This document shows positions 9,564 to 20,114 of a stretch of 64,000 bases of DNA, in pieces. A model generated the notes under the pieces. That model did no database searches, was not told the DNA's origin, and worked only from the letters and a program-made list of their open reading frames with translations. Both the position numbers and the translations under genes were made by a program. The number at the start of each line of letters is the position of its first letter. Positions within the stretch are counted from its first letter, which is position 1. This stretch comes from a virus (lineage: Duplodnaviria > Caudoviricetes): positions 51,508 through 115,507 of the IMG/VR virus record IMGVR_UViG_3300037067_016725; one strand, written 5' to 3'.

Positions 9564-11594
9564 ATGGGAATAAGAATAGCCGTACAAGACAAAAGAGCTC
9601 CTTCTCCTAGCAGAAAGACAGGTGCCCACTATCATAAGGAAGAGGCACTTCCTAGGGCTTTGTGGAAGGAAAACGGGAAGAGGACAGTTAAAGGAGTAAT
9701 ATCCCGTGTGAATGCGGACGCCAATCTTATGGATGTGGCGGTTCAGGGTTCTTCTCAGTTCCTTACAGACATCCCTATTTTCTCTCCTTATGTAGGACCC
9801 GCGGGGTTTATGGGTATCTACCCAGAAGTAGGATCCCTAGTAGTTCTAATGGATTCTTCCTTTGGTTTGGTCCCGGTAGCTTATGCTATACCACAACCTG
9901 AGTTTGCCCTGCAGTGTGAGCTTCTTTCTCTGTATCCAAAGGAAACAGCAGATAGCATTCGTGAGTTAATGAGGGTAAGGCCTGCCAAGTATCGCAGGAT
10001 GCGACCAGGGGAAGGAAGAATGGCATCCTCCCAAGGAGCAGAACTGTTTTTGGATGAGGATGTTGAACTTCTCGATAGCATGGACAATGGATTTCATATA
10101 AGATCTGGTGATGGGAGTGTAATAGCTACTTCACAACAGAACTATATGTTTGCCAACGGTGTATGGAGGAGTGCCGGCCCCATCCAAAGAAACTCTCTAG
10201 AAACTAAGAACTTTGGTGAGAATGACATAAGCTATGAAGCCACGGAAGTAATTCATTCCGATGGTAACCGTAGTGTTTACATAGGTGGAAGGTACCAGTA
10301 TAACGACCTAGTCTACAATGAGTATCGACTTGAAGTAGAGGACTCATGTGTTCTTTCAAAACCTATAAATGATGTAAACGAGGGGGTAAACCCTAAGCCC
10401 CGGTTGCCTAAGGTTTCTCATATTATGGGGAACATGGTGGGGAATAACCCTAATGACACAGGGACTTACGGTAAATTTCTAGCACCTGCTTTTACAAAGG
10501 GGACAAGAGGAAACGGTTGCTTACTATTTGAAGCTATCAATCCTGCAGGTAATGGGGATACCCTAGGGTCTCGTGGAGTCGCCTGGGCTTACCAGATACC
10601 GGACAAGGGGTTCTTTGGACAGGACAAGGAAGGAGCTTTGCATGCCTACATAGGGGAGACAAAAGGGGACACCCCGGGCATATCGGTCTCTCTAGTTGCA
10701 AAGGGTGGAAGAAAGGAAGAGTGGGGTTTTGTCAAAGACGGTGGTCTTTCCTGGGACATGTACACCAAGGGAGGTATCTCCTGGGTAGTTGGGAAGTCTA
10801 CGGACAGTCCCGCTAAAAGTATTCTTAGCAGAAGCTCCGTTGTTAGATACCTGGGAGGAACCTACACTGAACATGGGTTCTCTCAGGACTATGATAAAGA
10901 TGTCTTGCAGGACTTAGATGGTAATGACCTGGACACAGTGCATCAAGCATCTTATAAAAAAGTTGTAAGAGTTGCAGGTAACTCCCGAGAAGAGATTGCT
11001 GGAGACAGTGAATTCCTTATTGGGGGCAGCATTATCGAAGAAATTCAGGCAGGAAGATCCGTTTCCGTGGGTGGGTCCTATAGTGAGTCAGTCATAGGGG
11101 ATAGAACAATCAGCACCACCTCATCTTTATCCATAAACGCCATAAGAAGCATTAAGGTGCAGACGGCCACACGTACCGAGAAGATAGTCAAGGGAAGTGA
11201 CAGCAAAACTATTTTGCTAGGTGATGACGAGACCACCATAGCCCTGGGAAGCCATACCCTTAAGGTAGGTGTTGGTGATGTGAAGAGAACAGTGGCAACA
11301 GGAAATATTGAGGATACCATTGCTGCCGGAAGCCACAAGACTACAGTTGTCCTAGGAAACTATGATGTAAGCGTAGCAACGGGGAATATTGGGGTTAACA
11401 CTTCGGTAGGGACTGTCACAGTAGGGGGGACCAGTGTTTCCGTCAAGGGTATGGTGGCAGTAGATATCAATGCACCTATAGTGGGTATAGGTGATGTGGC
11501 AACAAGGTCAGGGGTCATCACGTTCTTGTCCCATAAGGATTACACCACAGGCGCTCCCCTTATTCCCTCTTTGAAAGTAACTGCGGGGATGTGA
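9564..11594 (+). CDS. Baseplate central spike (gp5/gpV/VgrG-like)
   Basis: N-terminal OB-fold-like segment (GVISRVN...YPEVGSLVVL) and C-terminal short Val/Gly/Thr beta-helix repeats (SVSVGGSYSESVIGDRT, VATGNI, IAAGSH, VVLGNY). Confidence 0.75.
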   Translation: MGIRIAVQDKRAPSPSRKTGAHYHKEEALPRALWKENGKRTVKGVISRVNADANLMDVAVQGSSQFLTDIPIFSPYVGPAGFMGIYPEVGSLVVLMDSSFGLVPVAYAIPQPEFALQCELLSLYPKETADSIRELMRVRPAKYRRMRPGEGRMASSQGAELFLDEDVELLDSMDNGFHIRSGDGSVIATSQQNYMFANGVWRSAGPIQRNSLETKNFGENDISYEATEVIHSDGNRSVYIGGRYQYNDLVYNEYRLEVEDSCVLSKPINDVNEGVNPKPRLPKVSHIMGNMVGNNPNDTGTYGKFLAPAFTKGTRGNGCLLFEAINPAGNGDTLGSRGVAWAYQIPDKGFFGQDKEGALHAYIGETKGDTPGISVSLVAKGGRKEEWGFVKDGGLSWDMYTKGGISWVVGKSTDSPAKSILSRSSVVRYLGGTYTEHGFSQDYDKDVLQDLDGNDLDTVHQASYKKVVRVAGNSREEIAGDSEFLIGGSIIEEIQAGRSVSVGGSYSESVIGDRTISTTSSLSINAIRSIKVQTATRTEKIVKGSDSKTILLGDDETTIALGSHTLKVGVGDVKRTVATGNIEDTIAAGSHKTTVVLGNYDVSVATGNIGVNTSVGTVTVGGTSVSVKGMVAVDINAPIVGIGDVATRSGVITFLSHKDYTTGAPLIPSLKVTAGM

Positions 11595-12190
11595 TGCCTT
11601 TTGCTGCTCCTACAGCTCAGTCCGCAATAATGGTGGCGGGAGCCTCCCTAGGTATCGTAGGGGGGAATTTCAGCCAAATAGCAATGGCTGTCGCTATGAC
11701 CTGCCAGAGTCAGTTTCTGCTACCTGCAACTATGTCCGTGGTAGCTGCAGGAACCGCTGGGGCTGGTGTCGTAGGAGGAGCTTCTCCACCTATAGGTGTA
11801 ACCCCTCCTGCTATGGCTTCTGCAATTTTTTCTTCGATGGCCTCAAAAGGTCTTACAGGGGCTAATAATTTCAACATATGTATGGCGATAAGTACGGGTA
11901 TCTGTAATACCATTCCTTCGTTAGTACTCTTTGGGGTATCCCCTGGGGTAGGAACAGGGACTGGTACTGCTAAGGCTGTATCATTTGACCCCGCCAGCTT
12001 TACGACGATATTGATAACCAATCTTGCGTCGTTAGGGATAGTGGGGTCACAGGCTATGGCGATAGCTGCTGCTATAGCCGAGGGCGTTTGTACAACTATG
12101 TCCTCATCCTTAGTAGTCCCTGTTTTGGCAATAGTGGGACCATCGGGGCCCGCTCCTGCAACAACAGTATTCCCAGCACAGTTTGTATAA
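11591..12190 (+). CDS. Small Ala/Gly/Ser-rich virion protein, spike-associated candidate
   Basis: 199 aa, almost no charged residues; internal repeat (LGIVGGNFSQIAMAVA / LTGANNFNICMAIS / LGIVGSQAMAIAAAIA); GTGA overlap with spike stop. Confidence 0.5.
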   Translation: MMPFAAPTAQSAIMVAGASLGIVGGNFSQIAMAVAMTCQSQFLLPATMSVVAAGTAGAGVVGGASPPIGVTPPAMASAIFSSMASKGLTGANNFNICMAISTGICNTIPSLVLFGVSPGVGTGTGTAKAVSFDPASFTTILITNLASLGIVGSQAMAIAAAIAEGVCTTMSSSLVVPVLAIVGPSGPAPATTVFPAQFV

Positions 12191-12208
12191 GAAATAACAG
12201 AGGTTTTT

Positions 12209-15200
12209 GTGGCAGACGATATTACAAAGTTCAAAAGCTTGAACTACATGAGCAACAGAGTTGTTCGAAATGCCATGTCAGGTAAGAAGAATGACCCTGA
12301 TGCAGGTATGTTGGTAACTGAGACCGCCTCCTTTTCGGATACGGTAACTCCTCAAAGTTATTTGATGAGATCCGAGATAACCTCGGACACTACCTTTACA
12401 GTGGCCTCTGTGACTTTCCAAGAGGGAAGTGCCGTTGTAACAACAACTACTCCAAATGGGTTTTCTAATGTACAGGTAGGGGACTCTTTAAGGCCTGAAG
12501 AACTCGGAGGGCTTTTTTATACAATCCTTACCAAGGAATCACCTACCCGTCTAGTAGTTAGCTTGCAGTATAGTTCCCCCAACGGGGCTACTACCAATAC
12601 GGGAGTGGCTCAGGTCATGAAAAGGGAATTTGGAAGAGCAAAACTCTATTCCTATTCAGACCCAGGACAGGAGGGGGTAGATGTATTCTCATATGATGCT
12701 CAGCTAGGTGTATGGACACTAGGCAACGATGCCGCATCCCACAGAAGTGGTCCCTACAGCACCACAAGTGATCAGACTGCTTCTTCCTATATGGATTCTA
12801 TTAAGGGGCATTCTGTTCCCAATGGGGAAACAGGGATAGCTGACATTAACCTAGTAGGTATCATAAAGAAGAACCTACAGCCCACGCAAGCAGATAACTC
12901 TGTGGTAACCTTTTCTCCTGCACCAAATCCTTCTTCGCTAAATGAACCAGGTGATACCTCCAAGGTGGCTGTCAAAGTAAAATATCCCGGTCAGGACTGG
13001 GCAAACCTTGATTATGGGGAGGACTACCTCCTGTCTTACACAAATAACCCAGTGTATGATGGATATAGACCACTTCCCTCCCAGGTTACCTCCGTCATAA
13101 TTAGCATGATGAAGGATTTCTCTTACTCAGAGAACGTGGACTCTTCTTTTGCAGGTAAGATAGCGCCAGTAGATAGTGACGGGGAAACAATAAATCCTGT
13201 TTGGAAAGATTCCATTAGTGTGAACGCTGGTGGACAGCTAACCCCTAACGAGAGTTTCATGGTAGACCCTCTTCAGGGGGTTATTACCCTCTTTGACAGA
13301 GTTGAAAAAGAAGATCTTATAGGGGCAGTCCTTTATGATAAAGGCGCGATATACTCAGGGGTAGAGATAAGACTGTCCGATGATCCTATGGAGGGTATAA
13401 CAGAGGAATCCTTTTCTTCGGCCAAGTTGCTGAAGGAGAACATAGACTTTACGGTAAACAGAGAGAATGGAACCTTTTACCTTCTAGGGGAATCAGACCC
13501 AAACAAAACCCTCCTTCTAAACTATCTGGTTGAGGGAGCTACCCGCACCACAAGCCAACCTGTGGAAGATATTTCTGATCTTAGGACGGATGCTTTCCCT
13601 GTTGCCCCTGGGTCTGTTAGAATAACAGCGACCTATAAGGACGGTACCAAGTCTAAGGAGTTGACATCCTCGGACTATACCATCTTCTACTCTAACGGTA
13701 TTATCAGGTTAAGTGATTCCTACGCAGGGGTATTTAAGGCAATATCCATCACATACAAACCCGCGTTAAAAGTCACAGTATATGCCAAATCCGTGGGAGA
13801 CAATAAGTTTTATTTCAAGGTGAAAGATATTCCTGTTTTGGCCCTCAATGAAATGTCTGTTGCTGTGGGATTCAAAGATCCTGGTCTTGAAGTTCTGACG
13901 TTAATCACCAAGGAAAAAAGGAGTATCCCCTTAACAGGGAGTAAATACTCAAAGGATAATGGAGTTCTCACTCTTGCAGAGGCAAGCCCCACCATGTTCA
14001 AGGCAGGCTATGCCTTGGTATCCTTCGGTTATACCTCTTCTAGCCTACCATACTACCCCTTAGTACGCATACTCAGAAGGCTTCCCCAAGGATCCTCTAA
14101 CATCGTACTAGAGAGTACAACGGTATCCTCACTGGGTATTGTAACTGGAGGTTTCTTAAAGTTCACAAGTACAACAGATCCAAAGTCAATGGAAATTGTG
14201 TGTATATCCTCAATCACCAGTATTGACGGGGTTAATGTTCAGGTGAACTTCACACAGCCAACTCGACGCCTGATCGAAAATCTATACTGGTATGCTTCGG
14301 ATAGCTTGGTTCCTTGGGTAGAAGAGACGTATACCACTTCTTCAGCTTTTGCTGAAAAAGCAAGTCAGATAACATTGGAAGGGGTAATACCTTGTCAAGC
14401 TGCCTGCATCTTATCCCTGGAAGGTAATGGCCTTTATCAGATTACAGGAAAGTCCTACTCGAATGGGCAAACAGTTCTTTCGATATCTCCCAATTTATCG
14501 GCTTCTATTTCTTCAACAATCTCGGCACAGATAACGGTGGCCCCTGTTTATCAGGAGGGAGATAATGGTCTATCTGCAAAGAATGCCATACTAGGTGAGG
14601 CCATTCCTATTGCAACTCTACAAGCTCCCGAAGTAGATGAACCCACCAGGTTTGCTCTAAAAAAGGCAGGGACTACTTACTCAGTCACAAAGAGTACAGA
14701 GACAAGTGCCGAAGTGGTTTACTCAGAGGATTCCTCTGGTAAGACAATAAAGAGCACCCTAGACGCACTGGCGGATTCTTTCTCGGGACAAGTAACCTAC
14801 TATGCTAATGCTACTGATATACCTTCTGCAAACCTGGGTGTTATAGTAGCGGAGGTGAACCCCAACCAGTTACCCTATACATTCAGGAGCTTCCCCACCT
14901 TGTATCGAAAGAGGTGGGGAGAAACCAGCTATACCGCATTAACCCTGGGTGTAGAATACTCTTCCGAATCTGGCATTATCAGGTTAACTGAAGGGAACAC
15001 AATTGCTAAAGGGGATAGGTTTAAGCTCTCCTATAGCTACCCCTCTAACCAAGGGGCTTCTTCCATAAGTGTTTCCGGGAAGCAGTTTGTGTCCACGGTA
15101 AAGGGGACACAGTTTAATGTGGCCTATGACTACTTGGCTCCTGACCAGTTTTACATAGAAACAATGAAGGAAGGGATCTTTGTCTACGACTGGGCCTTGC

Positions 15201-17566
15201 CCTACCTTGATGCTAAAAAGGAAGCCCTGAAAGGTCCTAAGCCTACAGGAAGTAAGGGCCCTATTGTTGTGTCTACCTCAGGTAAGATAGAAGGAGCTGT
15301 GTATAACACCATCTCTGAGCTAAGGGATATTTACCTAGCGAGCAATGTACTTTGGAAGGTCTCAGATTATTATAAGAACAGAATGCTGCCTTTTGCTAAG
15401 GAGTACTCTGCCCTCTTAGGTCTGAAGGCTGGAAATATTACATTAGAAAGGGATACCAGAACTAGCTGGGTGGATGTTTGTCATCAGATGAACTTTGGTA
15501 TGTCCGAGTTTTTCCCAAATGATTACACATCCCTGGTACCCTTGGAGGATGGACGGTTTGCAAAAACATACACCTGCTGTGATACCGTGGCAGTGTACAA
15601 TGATAGTACCTATGGGTACATCGTGGGCCCCTACTCTAACTTTAATGACGTGGCCAATGGCTTGCTAGCAGGAGATAAGGTTGTTTTAGAGGGCTCCCCC
15701 ATCGAGTACACCATTGTATCCGTAGATACCTCCTCTAAGGTAAAGGTAACACCTCTTATTGAAGGGGCGACTACAGATGTCCCGGATTTCTCAAAGGTAA
15801 AAAGCTTCTATGGTATTAAATACTCTGTCATAAGAAGTTTGCCTGGAGAGATGTACTTCGTGGATGACAAGGGTCACCATGGGGCAAAGGCTGTGTCCTC
15901 AATGCTTGGTGATGTCTTTGTTATGCAAGGGGTAAAGAATAACTTTGCTCTAGAGTACTCTATAGATGCAGGAAAAACCTGGACGAAGCAAGTGGTAGAC
16001 TTGACTGAAAATGATACTCTACCTTTACCTCACTATCTTTCCCTCAAGGAAGTTGCTAGGATCCTGTTTGATAGCTTGTCCTCAGTCTTTATCGTAGACG
16101 TAGAAGATGTTTACTCATGGCCCAACTATACATCTCAACTACAGGAGATGCTATCCTTTCAATGGCCTTTAAGCATCCCTGATACTGGTAAGCTGCCAGG
16201 AAAAAGATCTGCCCTGGTAATAAGGGCCCGAGGTTCTAAGACATGGGTGAGATTCAGTAGCACTGCCTCCTCAGGTAATGTTGATTTAGGATTCGATAAA
16301 AGTACTGTGTACAAGGGTGCTCTTAATGTCCTGAACTGCAAGAATATGGCAAGTGATGAAAAGGAAGAGAGGATAGGTCTCATCACAGGCATTAATAAAA
16401 TCTTGGATATCTCGGATAAAATAGATAGAAGTCTTTCTGCAGGTACTTTGGTATCTCCAGTGACCACTATTGTTGCAACAGTTTCCGAGCATCTAGAACA
16501 GCTTAAGAGTGCTTCTGCAGGGGCTTCCGGTATAACCTATGAGAAAGATGCTACGGAACAGGTGGCTCTCTCATATACAGGTGCAAACCAAGCAATTGCA
16601 GTGTATGCCGGGTATATATCTGAGACAGATAGCCAGAAAGCCCAGGACTCTGCTAAGTTGTCTCAGGTTTCAGGAGGGGCTGCCGAAGCTTACGTTTGCT
16701 CCTTTCAAGGAGAGACCTTGAGCAGATCAGAGGCAAATGGGTTATTAGCTCAGTCCTTTGCCTCCAGCAACATAGGTAAATTTAAGGTAACCTCGTACTT
16801 CCCCTCTACAGTGGACCCTCGAATTGTTTATGGTACAGGAGCAAAGGACGCTACTGTTCCTTTGGGGACGGACGGGGCAGCAAAGGCAGTGTTCCCAACA
16901 TATCTGAATAACTCATATATGAAGGGGACTTATGTCACTCAGCCATATGGGTCCTGGGATTCACTGTCTGACAGTACCAAGAGATACTCTTCTGGGGCTT
17001 CTGAGACATTAAAGATGGATGATGCCATAACACTAAAGGCAACGTATGCCACGGGTATCACCCTAAGTTCTACAGAGAATGGTATGACTGTTGTAGCAGG
17101 AGCAACCTCCACCTATATTGCCTATGACTCTTATTCAAACCTGGCAAAATTGGTAAACAAGCTAAACTCTCTAGGAGTTCTGTCTTGTACCAAGAACGCT
17201 AACTACCCCGACACAACCTCCTATGGCACTTTGGTACCTATAAGTACAGCCCGAGTTTTGGCTAATGGGAGTTCATTGACTATACCCTTTGGGGTTAAGG
17301 GAGACATTCTTTTCTACTCTGTTTCTGATGATAATCTATTGACATGGAAAATGGAAGAAGGCTCTAGGATTTCCACTGTTGAAGGATATTTGTCTTATTA
17401 CCCTGTAAGGGCAGCAGAGATAAAGAATTCTTTTGGGGTGTCCGGGGAGAGCTTGCACAACAATAGGGAGATGTGGATAAAGAAACTTCTCCACAAGACT
17501 TTTGGGATGGCAGGGTATTATCTACCTGCCAAGAAGGCTGTAAAGGAGTCCTATGATGAACAATGA
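12209..17566 (+). CDS. Large baseplate/tail structural protein
   Basis: 1785 aa, Ser/Thr/Tyr-rich beta protein with repeated D[YF]TxxxxxGxIxL modules; within the baseplate operon. Confidence 0.6.
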   Translation: MADDITKFKSLNYMSNRVVRNAMSGKKNDPDAGMLVTETASFSDTVTPQSYLMRSEITSDTTFTVASVTFQEGSAVVTTTTPNGFSNVQVGDSLRPEELGGLFYTILTKESPTRLVVSLQYSSPNGATTNTGVAQVMKREFGRAKLYSYSDPGQEGVDVFSYDAQLGVWTLGNDAASHRSGPYSTTSDQTASSYMDSIKGHSVPNGETGIADINLVGIIKKNLQPTQADNSVVTFSPAPNPSSLNEPGDTSKVAVKVKYPGQDWANLDYGEDYLLSYTNNPVYDGYRPLPSQVTSVIISMMKDFSYSENVDSSFAGKIAPVDSDGETINPVWKDSISVNAGGQLTPNESFMVDPLQGVITLFDRVEKEDLIGAVLYDKGAIYSGVEIRLSDDPMEGITEESFSSAKLLKENIDFTVNRENGTFYLLGESDPNKTLLLNYLVEGATRTTSQPVEDISDLRTDAFPVAPGSVRITATYKDGTKSKELTSSDYTIFYSNGIIRLSDSYAGVFKAISITYKPALKVTVYAKSVGDNKFYFKVKDIPVLALNEMSVAVGFKDPGLEVLTLITKEKRSIPLTGSKYSKDNGVLTLAEASPTMFKAGYALVSFGYTSSSLPYYPLVRILRRLPQGSSNIVLESTTVSSLGIVTGGFLKFTSTTDPKSMEIVCISSITSIDGVNVQVNFTQPTRRLIENLYWYASDSLVPWVEETYTTSSAFAEKASQITLEGVIPCQAACILSLEGNGLYQITGKSYSNGQTVLSISPNLSASISSTISAQITVAPVYQEGDNGLSAKNAILGEAIPIATLQAPEVDEPTRFALKKAGTTYSVTKSTETSAEVVYSEDSSGKTIKSTLDALADSFSGQVTYYANATDIPSANLGVIVAEVNPNQLPYTFRSFPTLYRKRWGETSYTALTLGVEYSSESGIIRLTEGNTIAKGDRFKLSYSYPSNQGASSISVSGKQFVSTVKGTQFNVAYDYLAPDQFYIETMKEGIFVYDWALPYLDAKKEALKGPKPTGSKGPIVVSTSGKIEGAVYNTISELRDIYLASNVLWKVSDYYKNRMLPFAKEYSALLGLKAGNITLERDTRTSWVDVCHQMNFGMSEFFPNDYTSLVPLEDGRFAKTYTCCDTVAVYNDSTYGYIVGPYSNFNDVANGLLAGDKVVLEGSPIEYTIVSVDTSSKVKVTPLIEGATTDVPDFSKVKSFYGIKYSVIRSLPGEMYFVDDKGHHGAKAVSSMLGDVFVMQGVKNNFALEYSIDAGKTWTKQVVDLTENDTLPLPHYLSLKEVARILFDSLSSVFIVDVEDVYSWPNYTSQLQEMLSFQWPLSIPDTGKLPGKRSALVIRARGSKTWVRFSSTASSGNVDLGFDKSTVYKGALNVLNCKNMASDEKEERIGLITGINKILDISDKIDRSLSAGTLVSPVTTIVATVSEHLEQLKSASAGASGITYEKDATEQVALSYTGANQAIAVYAGYISETDSQKAQDSAKLSQVSGGAAEAYVCSFQGETLSRSEANGLLAQSFASSNIGKFKVTSYFPSTVDPRIVYGTGAKDATVPLGTDGAAKAVFPTYLNNSYMKGTYVTQPYGSWDSLSDSTKRYSSGASETLKMDDAITLKATYATGITLSSTENGMTVVAGATSTYIAYDSYSNLAKLVNKLNSLGVLSCTKNANYPDTTSYGTLVPISTARVLANGSSLTIPFGVKGDILFYSVSDDNLLTWKMEEGSRISTVEGYLSYYPVRAAEIKNSFGVSGESLHNNREMWIKKLLHKTFGMAGYYLPAKKAVKESYDEQ

Positions 17567-17717
17567 AACCCTGCAATGGAAGAGGCCTGCGGAGTTGCCC
17601 CCTTCTGAAGTGACCTCAGGTTTTCAGAGGGTAGTGGGACTTTTACAGGAAGTAGTGGCTAAGAAAAGAGAGGAAGTCTCTGCTGTGACTGGAGAACTGC
17701 ATGATTTCGACAAGTGA
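17553..17717 (+). CDS. Small hypothetical protein (54 aa, not in ORF track)
   Basis: MMNNETLQWKRPAELPPSEV...ELHDFDK*; AAGGAG at 17543-17548; fills the gap and overlaps both neighbours. Confidence 0.55.
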   Translation: MMNNETLQWKRPAELPPSEVTSGFQRVVGLLQEVVAKKREEVSAVTGELHDFDK

Positions 17718-19611
17718 AAATCAGTCTTTACTGAAAGAATCCATCTTGGTTTTTCCGGATAGCTCTTTTGAGAGTTTGAAAGAGCTGCAGGATTCCTCAG
17801 TAACACAAGAGCAAAACTCTTCTACCAGCACCGTTACCTCCCAGGTGGCCCCTTCAGATAGATGGAGAGGGTATGCCTCGGGTTTCTCAGCGGCAAGCCT
17901 TGTAGATGACGCCACCAAAGAAGCGGCTAATACCACCATTAACGGGGTAGGCACACTGGTAGATGGTCTTAGTATAGCCATAGAAGTGCTAAAAGCAGTT
18001 TCTGTGGTAATCAACGCTTTCCAACAGGATTGGGACAACCTATTCCTAGTTGTTAACTATGCAGTAAAGGAACTTCTGAAGGTACTTGAAGAGATACTTG
18101 TGTCTATTGCTTCGACAGGTGTATATGGACTTTTAGTATATCCTAGTATCACTCCTTTCTCACCAGACTACAAACCCGCAGGTTTTCCTGAGTTCAAGGC
18201 CAAGGTCAGCAATGCCTTGACTAATGTGTCTGATCCTAATAGGCCTATATTTTATGAGGGGGATTACCTAGGGGGAGTTGTGTTGGCACTTGTAGGGGCC
18301 ACTAACCTGGGGGACTTGTTAAAGGATCTTCAAGCCCTGGCCAAGTACCTAAACGATGAATCCCTGAAGTTAGCTCCAGTAAGTGCCCTGACGGCCACAC
18401 CTGGTCTATTTTATAAGACAGAGGAACAAAGTAAAGGGGGCAGTGTTGCGAATGTAGCTTTAACGGCTAGCAACTTTTTGACTTCTTCTATAGGTGGAGT
18501 GAAGTATCCTGCGATCAAGCTGACATGGGCATCTCCAGAGGGGATACCCATAGATGGATATCGTATTAGAAGGAATATGGGAAAACCACAGGGTGTTTAC
18601 ACCAAGAAGAAGGATGAAGGAAGTCAGATAAATCCTAATGACTACTTTAAGACTTTCTATGACCCAACATTCCGTTTATCTGACACTTTCACATCAAAGA
18701 CAGATCGGTTTTTTGATGTATGGGCCAAGACTTTTGGGGATGATACCTCCTTTACTGATTTTGAAGTAGATGATGGGGCACTGTACTATTACAGTGTTAC
18801 TCCACTAATCAAGAACAAGAATGGGGGTATGCTGGAGAGCCCCGGTATTGGAGGCTTTACCTCTGCTGTAGCCTCCACATGCTTACCGGACAGTGCGCTT
18901 AAAACAAGCTATGAGACTCCTGATGGATTTAGACAGGGGGTAGCTACGGGAGATCCTCCTTATTGGGTTAATACCAACTTAAGAGGGATGCTGGGTGATA
19001 CCTTTGACTCTCTTATGAGTGGTTTGTATGGGCTGGCAAAGCGATTGGAAACAGTGTCTGAGTCCAATACCAAGCACTTTGATAAGATGATCAAGACTAT
19101 GGAAAAGTGGATAGAGAATCTGGAGAAGTTTATTACTAAGCTAAAGGAAGTCTTGGACGCCTTAAGGGCCCTCCAGTTCAGTGGGGCTGCCATGATATTA
19201 GCAATACCCTCTGAAAAGGGTGGTATAGAAGGGTTCAAGAAAAGATTTGAAGATGCTGCTCTTCCTGACCCCACCCCTTTTTACAAGCATGCGGGAGAAA
19301 GGAAAGTAACTGAAGGATCCACCCTACCTAAAATTCCAAACCCATTTGAGGACAACCTGTGTGCGGTGTGTGGTGGATTGGTTTTGATCGCTGGAGCTCC
19401 TAACCCTGGAGCCAGCTTTGACAAGCTGGCAGGTGCAACTAAGGCTCAGATCCAAAAGGTTAAACAGGCTGGTCAATTTGAGTCTGCAAAAAAGGCTTTT
19501 AAGGAAGCTAGGGAAAGGGACTATACCCAGGGAAAGTCTGATAGTGCTAAGGATCTTTCTAAGTATGCAGATAAGGTTATTTCCACAATAACTGGGTTCA
19601 TGGGGGGTTAA
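17701..19611 (+). CDS. Hypothetical virion structural protein with FN3-like central domain
   Basis: 636 aa; IKLTWASP..IDGYRIRR and SFTDFEVDDGALYYYSVTP resemble a fibronectin-III pattern; helical flanks. Confidence 0.5.
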   Translation: MISTSENQSLLKESILVFPDSSFESLKELQDSSVTQEQNSSTSTVTSQVAPSDRWRGYASGFSAASLVDDATKEAANTTINGVGTLVDGLSIAIEVLKAVSVVINAFQQDWDNLFLVVNYAVKELLKVLEEILVSIASTGVYGLLVYPSITPFSPDYKPAGFPEFKAKVSNALTNVSDPNRPIFYEGDYLGGVVLALVGATNLGDLLKDLQALAKYLNDESLKLAPVSALTATPGLFYKTEEQSKGGSVANVALTASNFLTSSIGGVKYPAIKLTWASPEGIPIDGYRIRRNMGKPQGVYTKKKDEGSQINPNDYFKTFYDPTFRLSDTFTSKTDRFFDVWAKTFGDDTSFTDFEVDDGALYYYSVTPLIKNKNGGMLESPGIGGFTSAVASTCLPDSALKTSYETPDGFRQGVATGDPPYWVNTNLRGMLGDTFDSLMSGLYGLAKRLETVSESNTKHFDKMIKTMEKWIENLEKFITKLKEVLDALRALQFSGAAMILAIPSEKGGIEGFKKRFEDAALPDPTPFYKHAGERKVTEGSTLPKIPNPFEDNLCAVCGGLVLIAGAPNPGASFDKLAGATKAQIQKVKQAGQFESAKKAFKEARERDYTQGKSDSAKDLSKYADKVISTITGFMGG

Positions 19612-19613
19612 TA

Positions 19614-20111
19614 ATGATCTTCGATCCGAAAAGCCTGGTAGAAGCCCCAAGGGCACAGACCTTTGAATGGTTCTTGAAAATAGCAAGGATGTCCCACCAG
19701 CAACGGATGCAGGCTATTCCTGTTATTGAGGGGGAGATACAGGGGATACTGGACTATATCTCAGATTTGAAAAAGGCTGAGGAGAATTATTTGGATAAGC
19801 TAGGGTTCAGGGGTGATGTGTATACAACACTTCCAGAGTTTGATAGCTCTGTTAGAAACACAGCAGCTATGAACTTGGGGACCGTAGATTTTGTGGAGAA
19901 CACAAAATCGGGGGATAGTTCCTTGGTAAGGGTAAGCCAGCAAGATGTTCAGTTGGGCATGATCAGTGTACTGCAGAAAATCCGTAACGAGGATAGGTAC
20001 CTCCGTAGGATAAACTACAAGATTCTGAATGCAAAACTACAGGCTAACCTCAAAATGGAAACTCTCCGAAAATTGAAGGAAGATAAGGTAGCTGTCGAGA
20101 ATAAGGGATAA
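19614..20111 (+). CDS. Hypothetical protein
   Basis: 165-aa ORF tightly packed in the operon. Confidence 0.6.
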   Translation: MIFDPKSLVEAPRAQTFEWFLKIARMSHQQRMQAIPVIEGEIQGILDYISDLKKAEENYLDKLGFRGDVYTTLPEFDSSVRNTAAMNLGTVDFVENTKSGDSSLVRVSQQDVQLGMISVLQKIRNEDRYLRRINYKILNAKLQANLKMETLRKLKEDKVAVENKG

Positions 20112-20114
20112 CAA

